DNA from: Thermoproteota archaeon | Lineage (GTDB): Archaea; Korarchaeota; Korarchaeia; Korarchaeales; Korarchaeaceae | Assembly: GCA_027491435.1 (NCBI GenBank) | Contig: JAOZFG010000004.1 | Location: 128,001 to 192,000, forward strand | Direction of reading: 5' to 3' | Length of the DNA: 64,000 bases | Shown here: positions 28,870 through 37,290 of the stretch, one piece after another | Layout: the number at the start of each line of letters is the position of its first letter | Numbering within the stretch: position 1 is the first letter of the stretch | The notes under the pieces: model-generated | The model's database searches: none | What the model saw: the letters and a program-made list of their open reading frames with translations, nothing else | What the model was told of the DNA's origin: nothing | Translations under genes and position numbers: made by a program

Positions 28870-29893
28870 CCTTCCTCACCCTTAAGTAGCTTATCAGCAT
28901 CCTATAGGCGTAGGGCATCGCCAACGATATTATTATAACCCCGCTAAGAGCGTCTGTGAGCTCTTTGGGAACGTTCATCGAGACTTGCATTCTCTGACCG
29001 CCTAGCAACAACATGGAGAAGAATATGGACGAGAGGATTATCCCGATCGGGTTGTTTCTCCCCATGAGCGCCACGCCTATGCCGTCAAACCCCATCCCAT
29101 ACATGGAGGTTAGGAGCTGATCCATGTAGTACGTGAAACCTATAACGTTAAGGGCCCCGCTGAACCCGCCGAACACACCTCCCAGGGCCATTGATAGGGT
29201 GAAAGTCCTCCTCGGGTTTATGCCCGCATAAACAGCTGACCTCCTGGAAAGCCCTGAGACCCTGATCTCATATCCTAGCTTAGTGTGATAGACTAGGAAG
29301 TAGGCCACTAAGGCCAGGGCTATGGACACTAGAAAGGAAACGTGAAGCTTAACCCCGCTCAGGTCTATTGTAGACAGCCTAGAGCCTTCAGGAACTGAGA
29401 CAGACCTGTAAGGAGCTAAGGGATTGTAGAGGTACGTGGTTATCAGGTAGATGGAGAGGTAGTAAAAGGTCCAGTTCATCATTATGGCAGTTATCACCTC
29501 ATTTACTTCTCTATAAGCCCTTAAAGCCCCTATTACGAGCCCCACTAACCCTCCTGCCAGGGCCCCAGACGCCAAAGGCAGCAAGGGGTTGGGAGAATAA
29601 AGGGAGACGGCCAGGGCAACTAGACCTCCCACGTACATCTGGCCCTCTCCTCCTATGTTGAAGGCCGACGCTAAAGCTGGCACCGAGAAGGCCAGACCGG
29701 TCATCATGATCAGTGAAGACCTGCTCAACAGGTAGTCTGGGTCAGATAGACCCCCAAGGGTTATCAGGTAGAGTCCCTTTAAGGGGTCGAATCCCATAAG
29801 GCTCATTATCAAGGCAGCTACTGAGAAACCGGCTAGTACTGAGCCGATTACCTCCAACACAAACTGAAGGTATTCCCTAAGCACGTACACCAC
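28850..29893 (-). CDS. Nucleoside/sugar ABC permease (NupB-like)
   Basis: FNIGGEGQ, NEVITAIMMN, GFDGIGVALMGRNNP. Confidence 0.9.
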   Translation of the reverse strand: MVYVLREYLQFVLEVIGSVLAGFSVAALIMSLMGFDPLKGLYLITLGGLSDPDYLLSRSSLIMMTGLAFSVPALASAFNIGGEGQMYVGGLVALAVSLYSPNPLLPLASGALAGGLVGLVIGALRAYREVNEVITAIMMNWTFYYLSIYLITTYLYNPLAPYRSVSVPEGSRLSTIDLSGVKLHVSFLVSIALALVAYFLVYHTKLGYEIRVSGLSRRSAVYAGINPRRTFTLSMALGGVFGGFSGALNVIGFTYYMDQLLTSMYGMGFDGIGVALMGRNNPIGIILSSIFFSMLLLGGQRMQVSMNVPKELTDALSGVIIISLAMPYAYRMLISYLRVRKVGRGAE

Positions 29894-31367
29894 CCATTAA
29901 CAGGCCTATTCTCTCCAAACTGAAGCTCTCGGATGGGCCCTCAGCTATTATCTTCCCTTCGTACATGACAGCTATCCTATCGCTCAACTGAAATACCTCA
30001 TCCAAATCTGTGGAGACCAGGAGGATGGCCTTGCCAGAATCTCTTAACTCTAGTATCTTCTTTCTTACGTACTCAGTGGCCGCCACGTCCAATCCGTGAG
30101 TGGGCTCAGAGGCTATAACTAGAGAAGGATTTCTCGATATCTCCCTGCCCAACATGAACTTCTGTTGATTTCCACCGCTTAACCTTCCCACAGGAGTATT
30201 GAGGCTGTCCACTAACACGTTGAACGACTTGACTATTTTATCAGCCTCCTCTCTAGCCCTCCCCCATTCTATCACGGGTCCGCTGGAGAACTCCTTGATC
30301 CTAGTCAAGACCACGTTCTCGACGAGGTTCATCTCCATCACTAGCCCGACAGGCCTTAGGTCTGGTATATAAGCTAGACCCCTATCGTAAACCTCCCTAG
30401 TAGCCCTGCCAGTTAACTCTTCACCGCCTATGATGACCTGTCCCCTCTGCGCTTTCCTGATTCCAACGATGGCTTCGACCAGCTCCTTCTGACCGTTGCC
30501 CTGCACACCTGCGATCCCAACTATTTCCCCCTCCCTGACCGTTAAGGAAGCGCCTTTGACAGCCCAGACGCCGTCATCGCCCTCGACCCACAAGTCCTTG
30601 ACCTTGAGGACGGGCCTTCCTGGGCTGACCTTTTTGCGGCTCAGTTGAAACAGAACCTCCCTTCCCACCATCATCCTAGCTAGCTCTACGTCGCTCACTT
30701 CCTCAGTCCTGTGAGTGCCAACCACCCTGCCCCTTCGAAGCACCGTCACCCTATCGGTAATTTCCCTAACCTCCTTCAACTTGTGGGTTATGAATATTAT
30801 GGTCAAACCATCATCCCTGAGCCTCCTTAGAACCTTAAAGAGGTCCCTCACTTCTAAAGGCGTCAGAACTGAAGTGGGCTCGTCCAGTATGAGTACCTTG
30901 GCCTCCCTGACTAAGGCCTTAAGTATCTCAACCCTCTGCCTCATCCCAACCGGTAGATTAGACACCTCCTGATCTAAGGGGACCTTCAGACCAGTTGCCT
31001 CTATTAGATAATCTAACCTCTTCCTTACAGCCCTCTCATCCATCCCTATGCGAGTTGAGGATAGGACGATGTTTTCCATGACGGTGAATCCCTCTACCAG
31101 GGAAAACTTCTGGTAGACCATACCTATGCCGGCCTTAATGGCATCCCACGGACCGGAGAACCTCGCCTCCCTTCCGAACACCTTGATTCTACCGCCAGTC
31201 GGCTTGATCTCCCCGTACAATATCCTCATTAACGTCGTCTTTCCAGCGCCGTTCTCCCCAAGCAATCCGTGGATCTCGCCTTGTTCAACGGAGAAAGACA
31301 CCCCCTTTAAAGCGTAGGTGCCGTCAGGGTATACCTTCCTAACTTCCTCGAAGGAAACTGCCTCCAT
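29877..31367 (-). CDS. Nucleoside/sugar ABC ATP-binding protein (NupA-like, tandem ABC)
   Basis: GENGAGKTT, LDEPTSVL, GVQGNGQ, LSGGNQQK, EPTHGLDV. Confidence 0.92.
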   Translation of the reverse strand: MEAVSFEEVRKVYPDGTYALKGVSFSVEQGEIHGLLGENGAGKTTLMRILYGEIKPTGGRIKVFGREARFSGPWDAIKAGIGMVYQKFSLVEGFTVMENIVLSSTRIGMDERAVRKRLDYLIEATGLKVPLDQEVSNLPVGMRQRVEILKALVREAKVLILDEPTSVLTPLEVRDLFKVLRRLRDDGLTIIFITHKLKEVREITDRVTVLRRGRVVGTHRTEEVSDVELARMMVGREVLFQLSRKKVSPGRPVLKVKDLWVEGDDGVWAVKGASLTVREGEIVGIAGVQGNGQKELVEAIVGIRKAQRGQVIIGGEELTGRATREVYDRGLAYIPDLRPVGLVMEMNLVENVVLTRIKEFSSGPVIEWGRAREEADKIVKSFNVLVDSLNTPVGRLSGGNQQKFMLGREISRNPSLVIASEPTHGLDVAATEYVRKKILELRDSGKAILLVSTDLDEVFQLSDRIAVMYEGKIIAEGPSESFSLERIGLLMGGVRA

Positions 31368-31391
31368 ATCAATTCCCTCAAAAAAGAGGGG

Positions 31392-32702
31392 TTAACTGGT
31401 GCTGCCCTTCGAGAGGGCAGCATCCAAGTTGCCTGCCTCGATCTCCTTTATTATCTGATCCCTTTCCTGAACGCTCATAGGGCTCTTAAACTCAATCTCT
31501 CCATTCTTTATCTTCTGTTCAAGCTCCTTAACTAAGTTCCAGATCTCGGGCTTTATGTACTTCTCCCTAAGCTTCTCCACTGTCTTAACTACGTCATCAG
31601 GAGTCATGTCCTTGAGCTTACCGTTTTTGTAAGCCTCCTCAGCGAACCACCTTACCTCCTCTAGCGTAGCTATACCAACCCCTCCCTCCTTAAGGCCTAG
31701 GGCTATTATGCCACCCTTCCAGGTTCCCTTGATCACCATCTCTATTGCAGTATAAACGGCGACGTCCACTCTCTTCCTGCCGCTTATGGGTATGTGCATA
31801 GGATCTATCCACTCCTGAGAGGCGTCCTGCCCTATGGCAAAGGCCTTCTCCTTATGTTGTTCCTCCCACTCCTTGACGGCAGTAAAGGCACCCAGGTGAG
31901 TGGCGCCGGCTAAACCGTAAACTACCCTCACTCCCTGCTTGAGCATCTGCTCAGTGTACTGTTTGCCCACGGCCGGGTCAGTGAACGTGCCCGTTATGGT
32001 CCAGGTCACCTTAACGGGCTTGCCCATCTTCTTCTCGAAGTACTTGGCGCCGAAGTAGTATCCCACCTGGAACCTCCAGAGCGGAGGTATGTCCATCCCA
32101 ACTAAAGCTCCAATGTTATCGCTTCCCAACTCGTAGGACATGCCTGCCGCTATAATTCCTATAAGGGACGCTACCTCCTGCTCCTTGAAAAGGATGTCCA
32201 CCTCGTTATCCCTCACCTTACCGGTGGTGGAGTCTATGAGGGCGAACTTCTGGTTGGGGTACTTGTCGGCCACCTCATCCAGCGGGGATGTCCACAGGAA
32301 TCCGACCAATACTAATAGGTCGTACTTGCCCTCGCTGGCCAGCTGCTCCAAGGTAGGCTTCATGTCGGCCAGGGACTTGGGTGTGAGGTAGCTTACCTCA
32401 ACGCCTAGCTCCTTTTTGGCCCTCTCAGCCCCTAGCCAGGCCATATCGTTGAAGCTTAGGTCGCCCCTGCCGCCCACGTCGAATAACACGAGAACCTTCG
32501 CTTTCTTGGCCTGGGTCTGCGTGGGGGTCTCGGTCTTCTGAACCTCCGCAGTTTTGGTTACCGTCTTAGTTAATGTAGTGGTTACTGTAGTGGTCATGGT
32601 CACGGTCTCAGAGGGCTTAGAAACGATGACGGCTCCCAGGGCAATAATCAATACGAGGATGACCGCTCCCATAAGGGCGGTCTTACTTACGCCGCTCCTC
32701 AT
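31392..32702 (-). CDS. BMP/PnrA-family nucleoside-binding protein
   Basis: DVGGRGDLSFND, AG.T.LG, IGQD..Q, KRVD.AV. Start at MRSG/VSK with class III-like signal and Thr-rich linker. Confidence 0.9.
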   Translation of the reverse strand: MRSGVSKTALMGAVILVLIIALGAVIVSKPSETVTMTTTVTTTLTKTVTKTAEVQKTETPTQTQAKKAKVLVLFDVGGRGDLSFNDMAWLGAERAKKELGVEVSYLTPKSLADMKPTLEQLASEGKYDLLVLVGFLWTSPLDEVADKYPNQKFALIDSTTGKVRDNEVDILFKEQEVASLIGIIAAGMSYELGSDNIGALVGMDIPPLWRFQVGYYFGAKYFEKKMGKPVKVTWTITGTFTDPAVGKQYTEQMLKQGVRVVYGLAGATHLGAFTAVKEWEEQHKEKAFAIGQDASQEWIDPMHIPISGRKRVDVAVYTAIEMVIKGTWKGGIIALGLKEGGVGIATLEEVRWFAEEAYKNGKLKDMTPDDVVKTVEKLREKYIKPEIWNLVKELEQKIKNGEIEFKSPMSVQERDQIIKEIEAGNLDAALSKGSTS

Positions 32703-32727
32703 AAGACACCCCCTTCTCAAACCCTGT

Positions 32728-32750
32728 GTCATATTAAAATTATTAATGAC
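32728..32750. promoter_or_regulatory. Imperfect inverted repeat GTCAT-N13-ATGAC over the divergent BMP/PurR-like promoter (candidate operator)
   Basis: gtcatattaaaattattaatgac lies in the 65-bp gap between the two divergent genes. Confidence 0.3.
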
Positions 32751-32767
32751 CGACTCAAGTATTTAAC

Positions 32768-33487
32768 ATGGGCATGTTAAAAATGAGGAGGAAGACCTCT
32801 GAGCTGACCTTGAAAGTGCTGGCCATAAGGGCCCTCAAGTCGATGGTACAAGCCTACGGGCTGAAGAGAACTTCTGAAATTCTTAAGTTATCCCCCGTAG
32901 TGATAAGTCGGTACACCAACGGGAGGACACTCCCTAAAGCGGAGAGGGCTAAAGAACTATTGAAGATATTCAGGGAGCATTATCTGGAGGACGTAGTCAG
33001 GAAGAAGCTGAATGTAAGCGATGGGGTTATAAACATAGCTGACCTGCTACACGACATACAGCTGCTGGACCTGATATCCTTCATAATCTTTCCTAAGTAC
33101 TACAAGTCTGACGTGGACAAGGTCCTGACCAAAGAGGTTGATGGAATACCTCTGGCCACTCTAATTTCGAGGCACCTGGGAGCTAGCCTAGTTGTAGCCA
33201 AGAAAAGGAAGGAACCAGGGATAGAACGCTTTCTTGAGGTTAGGCAGACCTATGAGTCAGGGCTTTACACCTTCATATACATCCCATCAAACCATCTTAA
33301 ACAAGGAGATAACGTGCTCATAGTGGATGACGTGATCAGGAGCGGATCGACCATAAGGGCTCTCGTGAAGGCTGTCAGGGATAGAAAGGCAAGAATAGCT
33401 GGGATTTTCACAATAGTGGCCTTGTCGTCGGGGATAAAATCTTTGGAGGGGGAAGGGCTTCACGTAGACGCCATAGTGAGAATATGA
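32768..33487 (+). CDS. HTH plus phosphoribosyltransferase-domain regulator (archaeal PurR-like)
   Basis: N-terminal HTH (LSPVVISRYTNGRTLP), EVDGIPLA, AKK, PRPP loop VLIVDDVIRSGST. Confidence 0.85.
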   Translation: MGMLKMRRKTSELTLKVLAIRALKSMVQAYGLKRTSEILKLSPVVISRYTNGRTLPKAERAKELLKIFREHYLEDVVRKKLNVSDGVINIADLLHDIQLLDLISFIIFPKYYKSDVDKVLTKEVDGIPLATLISRHLGASLVVAKKRKEPGIERFLEVRQTYESGLYTFIYIPSNHLKQGDNVLIVDDVIRSGSTIRALVKAVRDRKARIAGIFTIVALSSGIKSLEGEGLHVDAIVRI

Positions 33488-33891
33488 TCAGCTTCCAACG
33501 TACACGTAGTTGTCTGAGGAACCCCCTAATCTCACGGAGACCGTGTATTGAGAGCGAGGGTTGACTCCTGAGCATTTACACATCAGCGTGAGTATTCCCT
33601 GACTGCCCCAGGAGTCTCCCGACGCAATCACTCCGTAAACTTCGCACGGACTTCCGTCCAAGTAGACCTCCCACCCGCTGAGATCGGACACCCCGCTGTA
33701 AGGAACTGACTCGCCGACATTCTTGAGGTAAATTTTAACCTCCTCGTTGAACCCCACGTTGACGTTTAGTATCTTAAAGGAACATCTGGAGGTTCCCTGG
33801 GAGATAGGCTCTAGGAGCCCACTTCCCAGTAAGATTGCTAGCCCTAAACCCAACAGCAATGCTACAACTATTGTCTTAATTCTGATTTCAC
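33488..33891 (-). pseudogene. Type IV pilin/ArlG-like protein with a 1-nt frameshift in its signal peptide
   Basis: GTG AAA TCA GA ATT AAG ACA after SD-like GAAGGTG. Adding one G gives MKSG/IKTIVVALLLG, joining the track ORF 33488-33859. The mature part is similar to the 51239 pilin. Confidence 0.55.
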
Positions 33892-34008
33892 AACACCTTC
33901 CTCGACTAGTCGTTTGAAGGTTAGACGTATTGTCATATAAAGGTTCCTGTTCACTTTTATTAGCTTACACGGTTTAACTAATCGGCCGTAATATTAATTA
34001 ATTTCTCC

Positions 34009-34025
34009 ATAAATCGTGGATTTAT
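34009..34025. promoter_or_regulatory. Perfect inverted repeat ATAAATC-N3-GATTTAT (candidate TF site)
   Basis: Seen directly upstream of the pilin-like gene. A similar site lies at 51079-51095. Confidence 0.3.
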
Positions 34026-34072
34026 TTACAGTTATACACTCAATTCTGCTATTAAAAAATCAAGTAGTTTAC

Positions 34073-35140
34073 TTAAAGACGGTCTTTGGGGGCGTTAGGC
34101 AGAATTTCGCTCAACTGTTCTAAAGCGTACTTCACCTCATCCCACGTTGTAAACGGGGCAATTCTCAAAACTAACCTGTTCTTTGTGAGATAGTCTTCTC
34201 TACCTATCGCCCTGAGTACGTAGCTGGTTTCTCCACCGACTTTAGACACGTAGACTCCCCTCCTGCTCAACTCCACAATGGCGGCGTCTACGTTACCGTC
34301 TATGGAGACGCTCAAGGTATCCACTGCCTCATCAGGGCTGTTGATGTACACTCCCTCAACCTCACCTAGACCCTTTGATAAGAAGTCCCTCTTCTCCTTC
34401 ACACCCGCCCAGTTTCCCCTAAAGATCTCTATAGCCTTTAACATCCCAGCTAGTGAGGCCACGTTTATCCTACCCCTCCAATGTTCCTGAAGAATAGAGG
34501 GGCCTTCTATAAGCTCGGGGAGCTCCACATCCTCCCTCATGAACAGAATACCGCTGCCCCTGGGAGCATATACCTTAGCGCCGCTTAGGGTCACGACGTC
34601 CACTTCCGGCACGTCCACCCTAAGAAAGCCGTCACAAGCGTCTACATGTAGGAGGGCTTCTACACCCTTATCTTCTAGAATATCCCTGACAGCCTTAATG
34701 TCGTTGATGGACCCCAGCTCTTGATTGACAAGTTGAACGCTTACCAGGGTAACTTCTCTATCTAGGGACTCCTCCAGCCTGTCTAACCTAACATGACCGT
34801 AACCGTCCACTGGCACCTCTACAACTTTCCTCCCAAATCTCCTAGCTGCGTATATGATACTTTCATGCTCTACAGAACTTATTATAATTTTACCCTTAAT
34901 ACCGCTCCTTATTATCAAGTTGTTGGCCTCGCTTCCGCCTGGTAGGTAGATAGCGACTCCTTCGAAGAGGAGTTCGTTAAGGACCTCCTGAAGGTTGTAT
35001 AAAACCTCAAAGGCCTCCAATCCCGGCTTGTACGGGACTGAAGGGCTACCGTAACCTTTCTCAGTTAGGTACTCGTAGACTACTTCGGCCACCTCCTTGG
35101 GAACCTTGGGGGCCGATTCGTGATCCAAGTAGACCTCCAT
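34073..35140 (-). CDS. NifS/IscS-like class V PLP protein lacking the catalytic Cys
   Basis: YLDH, GSEANN, VEH, VNQELG, HVDA, SGAK (PLP Lys), SYVLRAIG. The GSAC loop is replaced by SKVGGE. Confidence 0.8.
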   Translation of the reverse strand: MEVYLDHESAPKVPKEVAEVVYEYLTEKGYGSPSVPYKPGLEAFEVLYNLQEVLNELLFEGVAIYLPGGSEANNLIIRSGIKGKIIISSVEHESIIYAARRFGRKVVEVPVDGYGHVRLDRLEESLDREVTLVSVQLVNQELGSINDIKAVRDILEDKGVEALLHVDACDGFLRVDVPEVDVVTLSGAKVYAPRGSGILFMREDVELPELIEGPSILQEHWRGRINVASLAGMLKAIEIFRGNWAGVKEKRDFLSKGLGEVEGVYINSPDEAVDTLSVSIDGNVDAAIVELSRRGVYVSKVGGETSYVLRAIGREDYLTKNRLVLRIAPFTTWDEVKYALEQLSEILPNAPKDRL

Positions 35141-35179
35141 AGGATCACCCCTTTTATCTCTCCGGCTCCCGATACTATT

Positions 35180-36037
35180 ATGGAGCTATGGAGTCAGGTG
35201 GGCAACACCCCTTTGATCAGGCTTAGGGAAGGGAACGTTTACTTAAAGCTAGAATACCTGAACCCAGGAGGTAGCCACAAGGATAGGGCAGTGATCTCAA
35301 TGTTAGAGGACTTAATGGACAAGCATGGTCCTGGAATTAGGATAGTTGAGTCCACCAGTGGGAGTACGGGCGTTTCCCTTGCGCTCTATGGAGGTCTAAT
35401 GGGGTTTGAGGTACACCTGGTGGTTAAGGAGAACGCGAGCCCCATCAAAGTGGGCCTCATGAAGAAGCTGGGGGCTCACGTTTATGTGTGCCCTAACGTA
35501 TCTCCTGAAGATCCTAGGAGCGCTAAGTCTACTGTTAAGAGGTTAGAACAGGAGTTAGAGGCTGTTTACTTGAACCAGAACGCCAACAAGGCCAATCCCA
35601 AGGGGCAGGAGTCCATAGCTTACGAGGTACTGGACAGGGTTGAGGTGGACTACTTCGTGATGGGCGTTGGTACAGGAGGCACCATAACAGGGGTGGGGCG
35701 CGTGTTGAGGAGGGAGGGGGTAAGGGTAGTGGCCGTCACCCCTAAGGGGTCCGCATTGGCCAGGAAGCTGAACCTCCCCGGAGAGTTCGAAGGGGGAATA
35801 GATGGCTATGACTCCGAAGAGGTGCCGGCAAACTTGGACTTGGGGTTGATCGATGAAGTCAGAGCGATCTCCCCCTCGGAGGCCAGGAACTGGGCCAACT
35901 TCTTGGTCAGCAGGGGGATCTTTGGAGGGCCTTCCAGTGGGGCTCAAGTGAAAGTGGCTTTAGAGCTGGCGAAGAGGGGGTATAAGGTACTGACCATAGC
36001 CGCTGATCACGCGCTGTTCCATAACCTTCACGTTTGA
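35180..36037 (+). CDS. PLP-dependent cysteine synthase / cystathionine beta-synthase family protein
   Basis: VGNTPL, KLEYLNPGGSHKDR, TSGSTG, GVGTGGT, GPSSGA. Start placed at ATG 35180. Confidence 0.88.
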   Translation: MELWSQVGNTPLIRLREGNVYLKLEYLNPGGSHKDRAVISMLEDLMDKHGPGIRIVESTSGSTGVSLALYGGLMGFEVHLVVKENASPIKVGLMKKLGAHVYVCPNVSPEDPRSAKSTVKRLEQELEAVYLNQNANKANPKGQESIAYEVLDRVEVDYFVMGVGTGGTITGVGRVLRREGVRVVAVTPKGSALARKLNLPGEFEGGIDGYDSEEVPANLDLGLIDEVRAISPSEARNWANFLVSRGIFGGPSSGAQVKVALELAKRGYKVLTIAADHALFHNLHV

Positions 36038-36108
36038 TTTGGTTCGACTATCATTGAAGCAAATCAATTCCGTTTTTATTTTCGAGCTCTTTGAACAACA
36101 GGGATTGT

Positions 36109-36978
36109 ATGAAGAAGGCGATTCTGATAATAGTTGTAGCGGGACTGCTGATAGCTGGTTACGCGATTTACCCAATAGTATTCGAGGGCTCCGGGGCGGG
36201 GACAACCTTTGGGGCCAAAGGGGCACCCAACGTTCCGCTGACCATTACTAGAGCTGCTAAAGCCCCAGTGATTGCGGGTGAACCAAAAGAGGGAGTGCCT
36301 GTGCAAGCTTATCCCACATCAAACGACTTAATGATCGTTGAAACTTTCAGGAAGATATCTTACGAGGCCTTCATAACAGTTGAGGTGGAGGACGTCAGGG
36401 AAGCTGCCTTCCAAGTAATATCCAAGGCCTCAGAGCTCGGCGGCTACGTTTACACCTCTGAAGTTTCGTCTGACTACGCCAACGTCGTCGTCAAGGTACC
36501 GGCAGACAGACTTTGGGACGCCTTAAACTATTACAGGAGGTTGGGGAAGGTTCTTCAGGAGAGGTTGAGCGCTAAGGATGTCACGGAGAGGATATTGGAT
36601 TTGGAGGCAAGGATTAGAAACGCCGAAGCTCAGGAACAGAGGCTCCTCGAGCTATACAGTAAAGCTACTGACGTGAGAGATATGCTCGCCATAGAGGACA
36701 GGCTATCAGCCGTTAGGGAAAAGATAGAGAGGCTGAAGGCCATGAAAAAAGCTTTGGAGAATATGGTGGATTATTCGACAATACACGTGGAGTTAAGAAA
36801 GCCAGGTAAACACGTAGAGCCATCTGACGTAGAAAAATTGTTGAGAGATGCCTACAAAGCCTTCATGGGATCCATTTACATCATAGTGGTTTTAACAGCG
36901 ACGTTACTTCCGGTACTCATCATAGGGGCCTTAGTTTACGTGGCCTATCGCTTAAGTAGGAGAGGAAAGCTTGCTTAG
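36109..36978 (+). CDS. DUF4349 domain membrane protein
   Basis: N-terminal TM, GGYV, VKVP, DVTERILDLEARI coiled coil, VDYSTI, C-terminal TM. Confidence 0.85.
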   Translation: MKKAILIIVVAGLLIAGYAIYPIVFEGSGAGTTFGAKGAPNVPLTITRAAKAPVIAGEPKEGVPVQAYPTSNDLMIVETFRKISYEAFITVEVEDVREAAFQVISKASELGGYVYTSEVSSDYANVVVKVPADRLWDALNYYRRLGKVLQERLSAKDVTERILDLEARIRNAEAQEQRLLELYSKATDVRDMLAIEDRLSAVREKIERLKAMKKALENMVDYSTIHVELRKPGKHVEPSDVEKLLRDAYKAFMGSIYIIVVLTATLLPVLIIGALVYVAYRLSRRGKLA

Positions 36979-37257
36979 AACCGCTTGCACTTTGTACTCC
37001 ATGTCTATTTTCTTATCCCTTCTATCATCAATTTTTATCATAGTGACAACCCTTTGAACGCCCTCCTTGAAGGGGGCCTCGTGCATCTCCTTGAGGACCT
37101 CGAAGAGAGTATCTAAGTCGCCTTCTATCACCGTTGAGGTTGGAGTTACCTTGAACTTAAGTCCCCTACTCTTCAGTACCTCTATCGCCTTAGCTACGTA
37201 CTTACTAACGCTGGTTCCAGCTCCCACTGGAACTATGGTTATCTCAGCCATGGGCAT
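36952..37257 (-). CDS. MTH1187/YkoF family thiamine-binding protein (DUF77)
   Basis: AEITIVPVG..TSVSKYVA, TVIEG, RV.T.IKIDDRRDK. Confidence 0.9.
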   Translation of the reverse strand: MPMAEITIVPVGAGTSVSKYVAKAIEVLKSRGLKFKVTPTSTVIEGDLDTLFEVLKEMHEAPFKEGVQRVVTMIKIDDRRDKKIDMEYKVQAVLSKLSSPT

Positions 37258-37290
37258 GTTATCCCCCGTTAAGCTGGAATGGGGAAAAAA

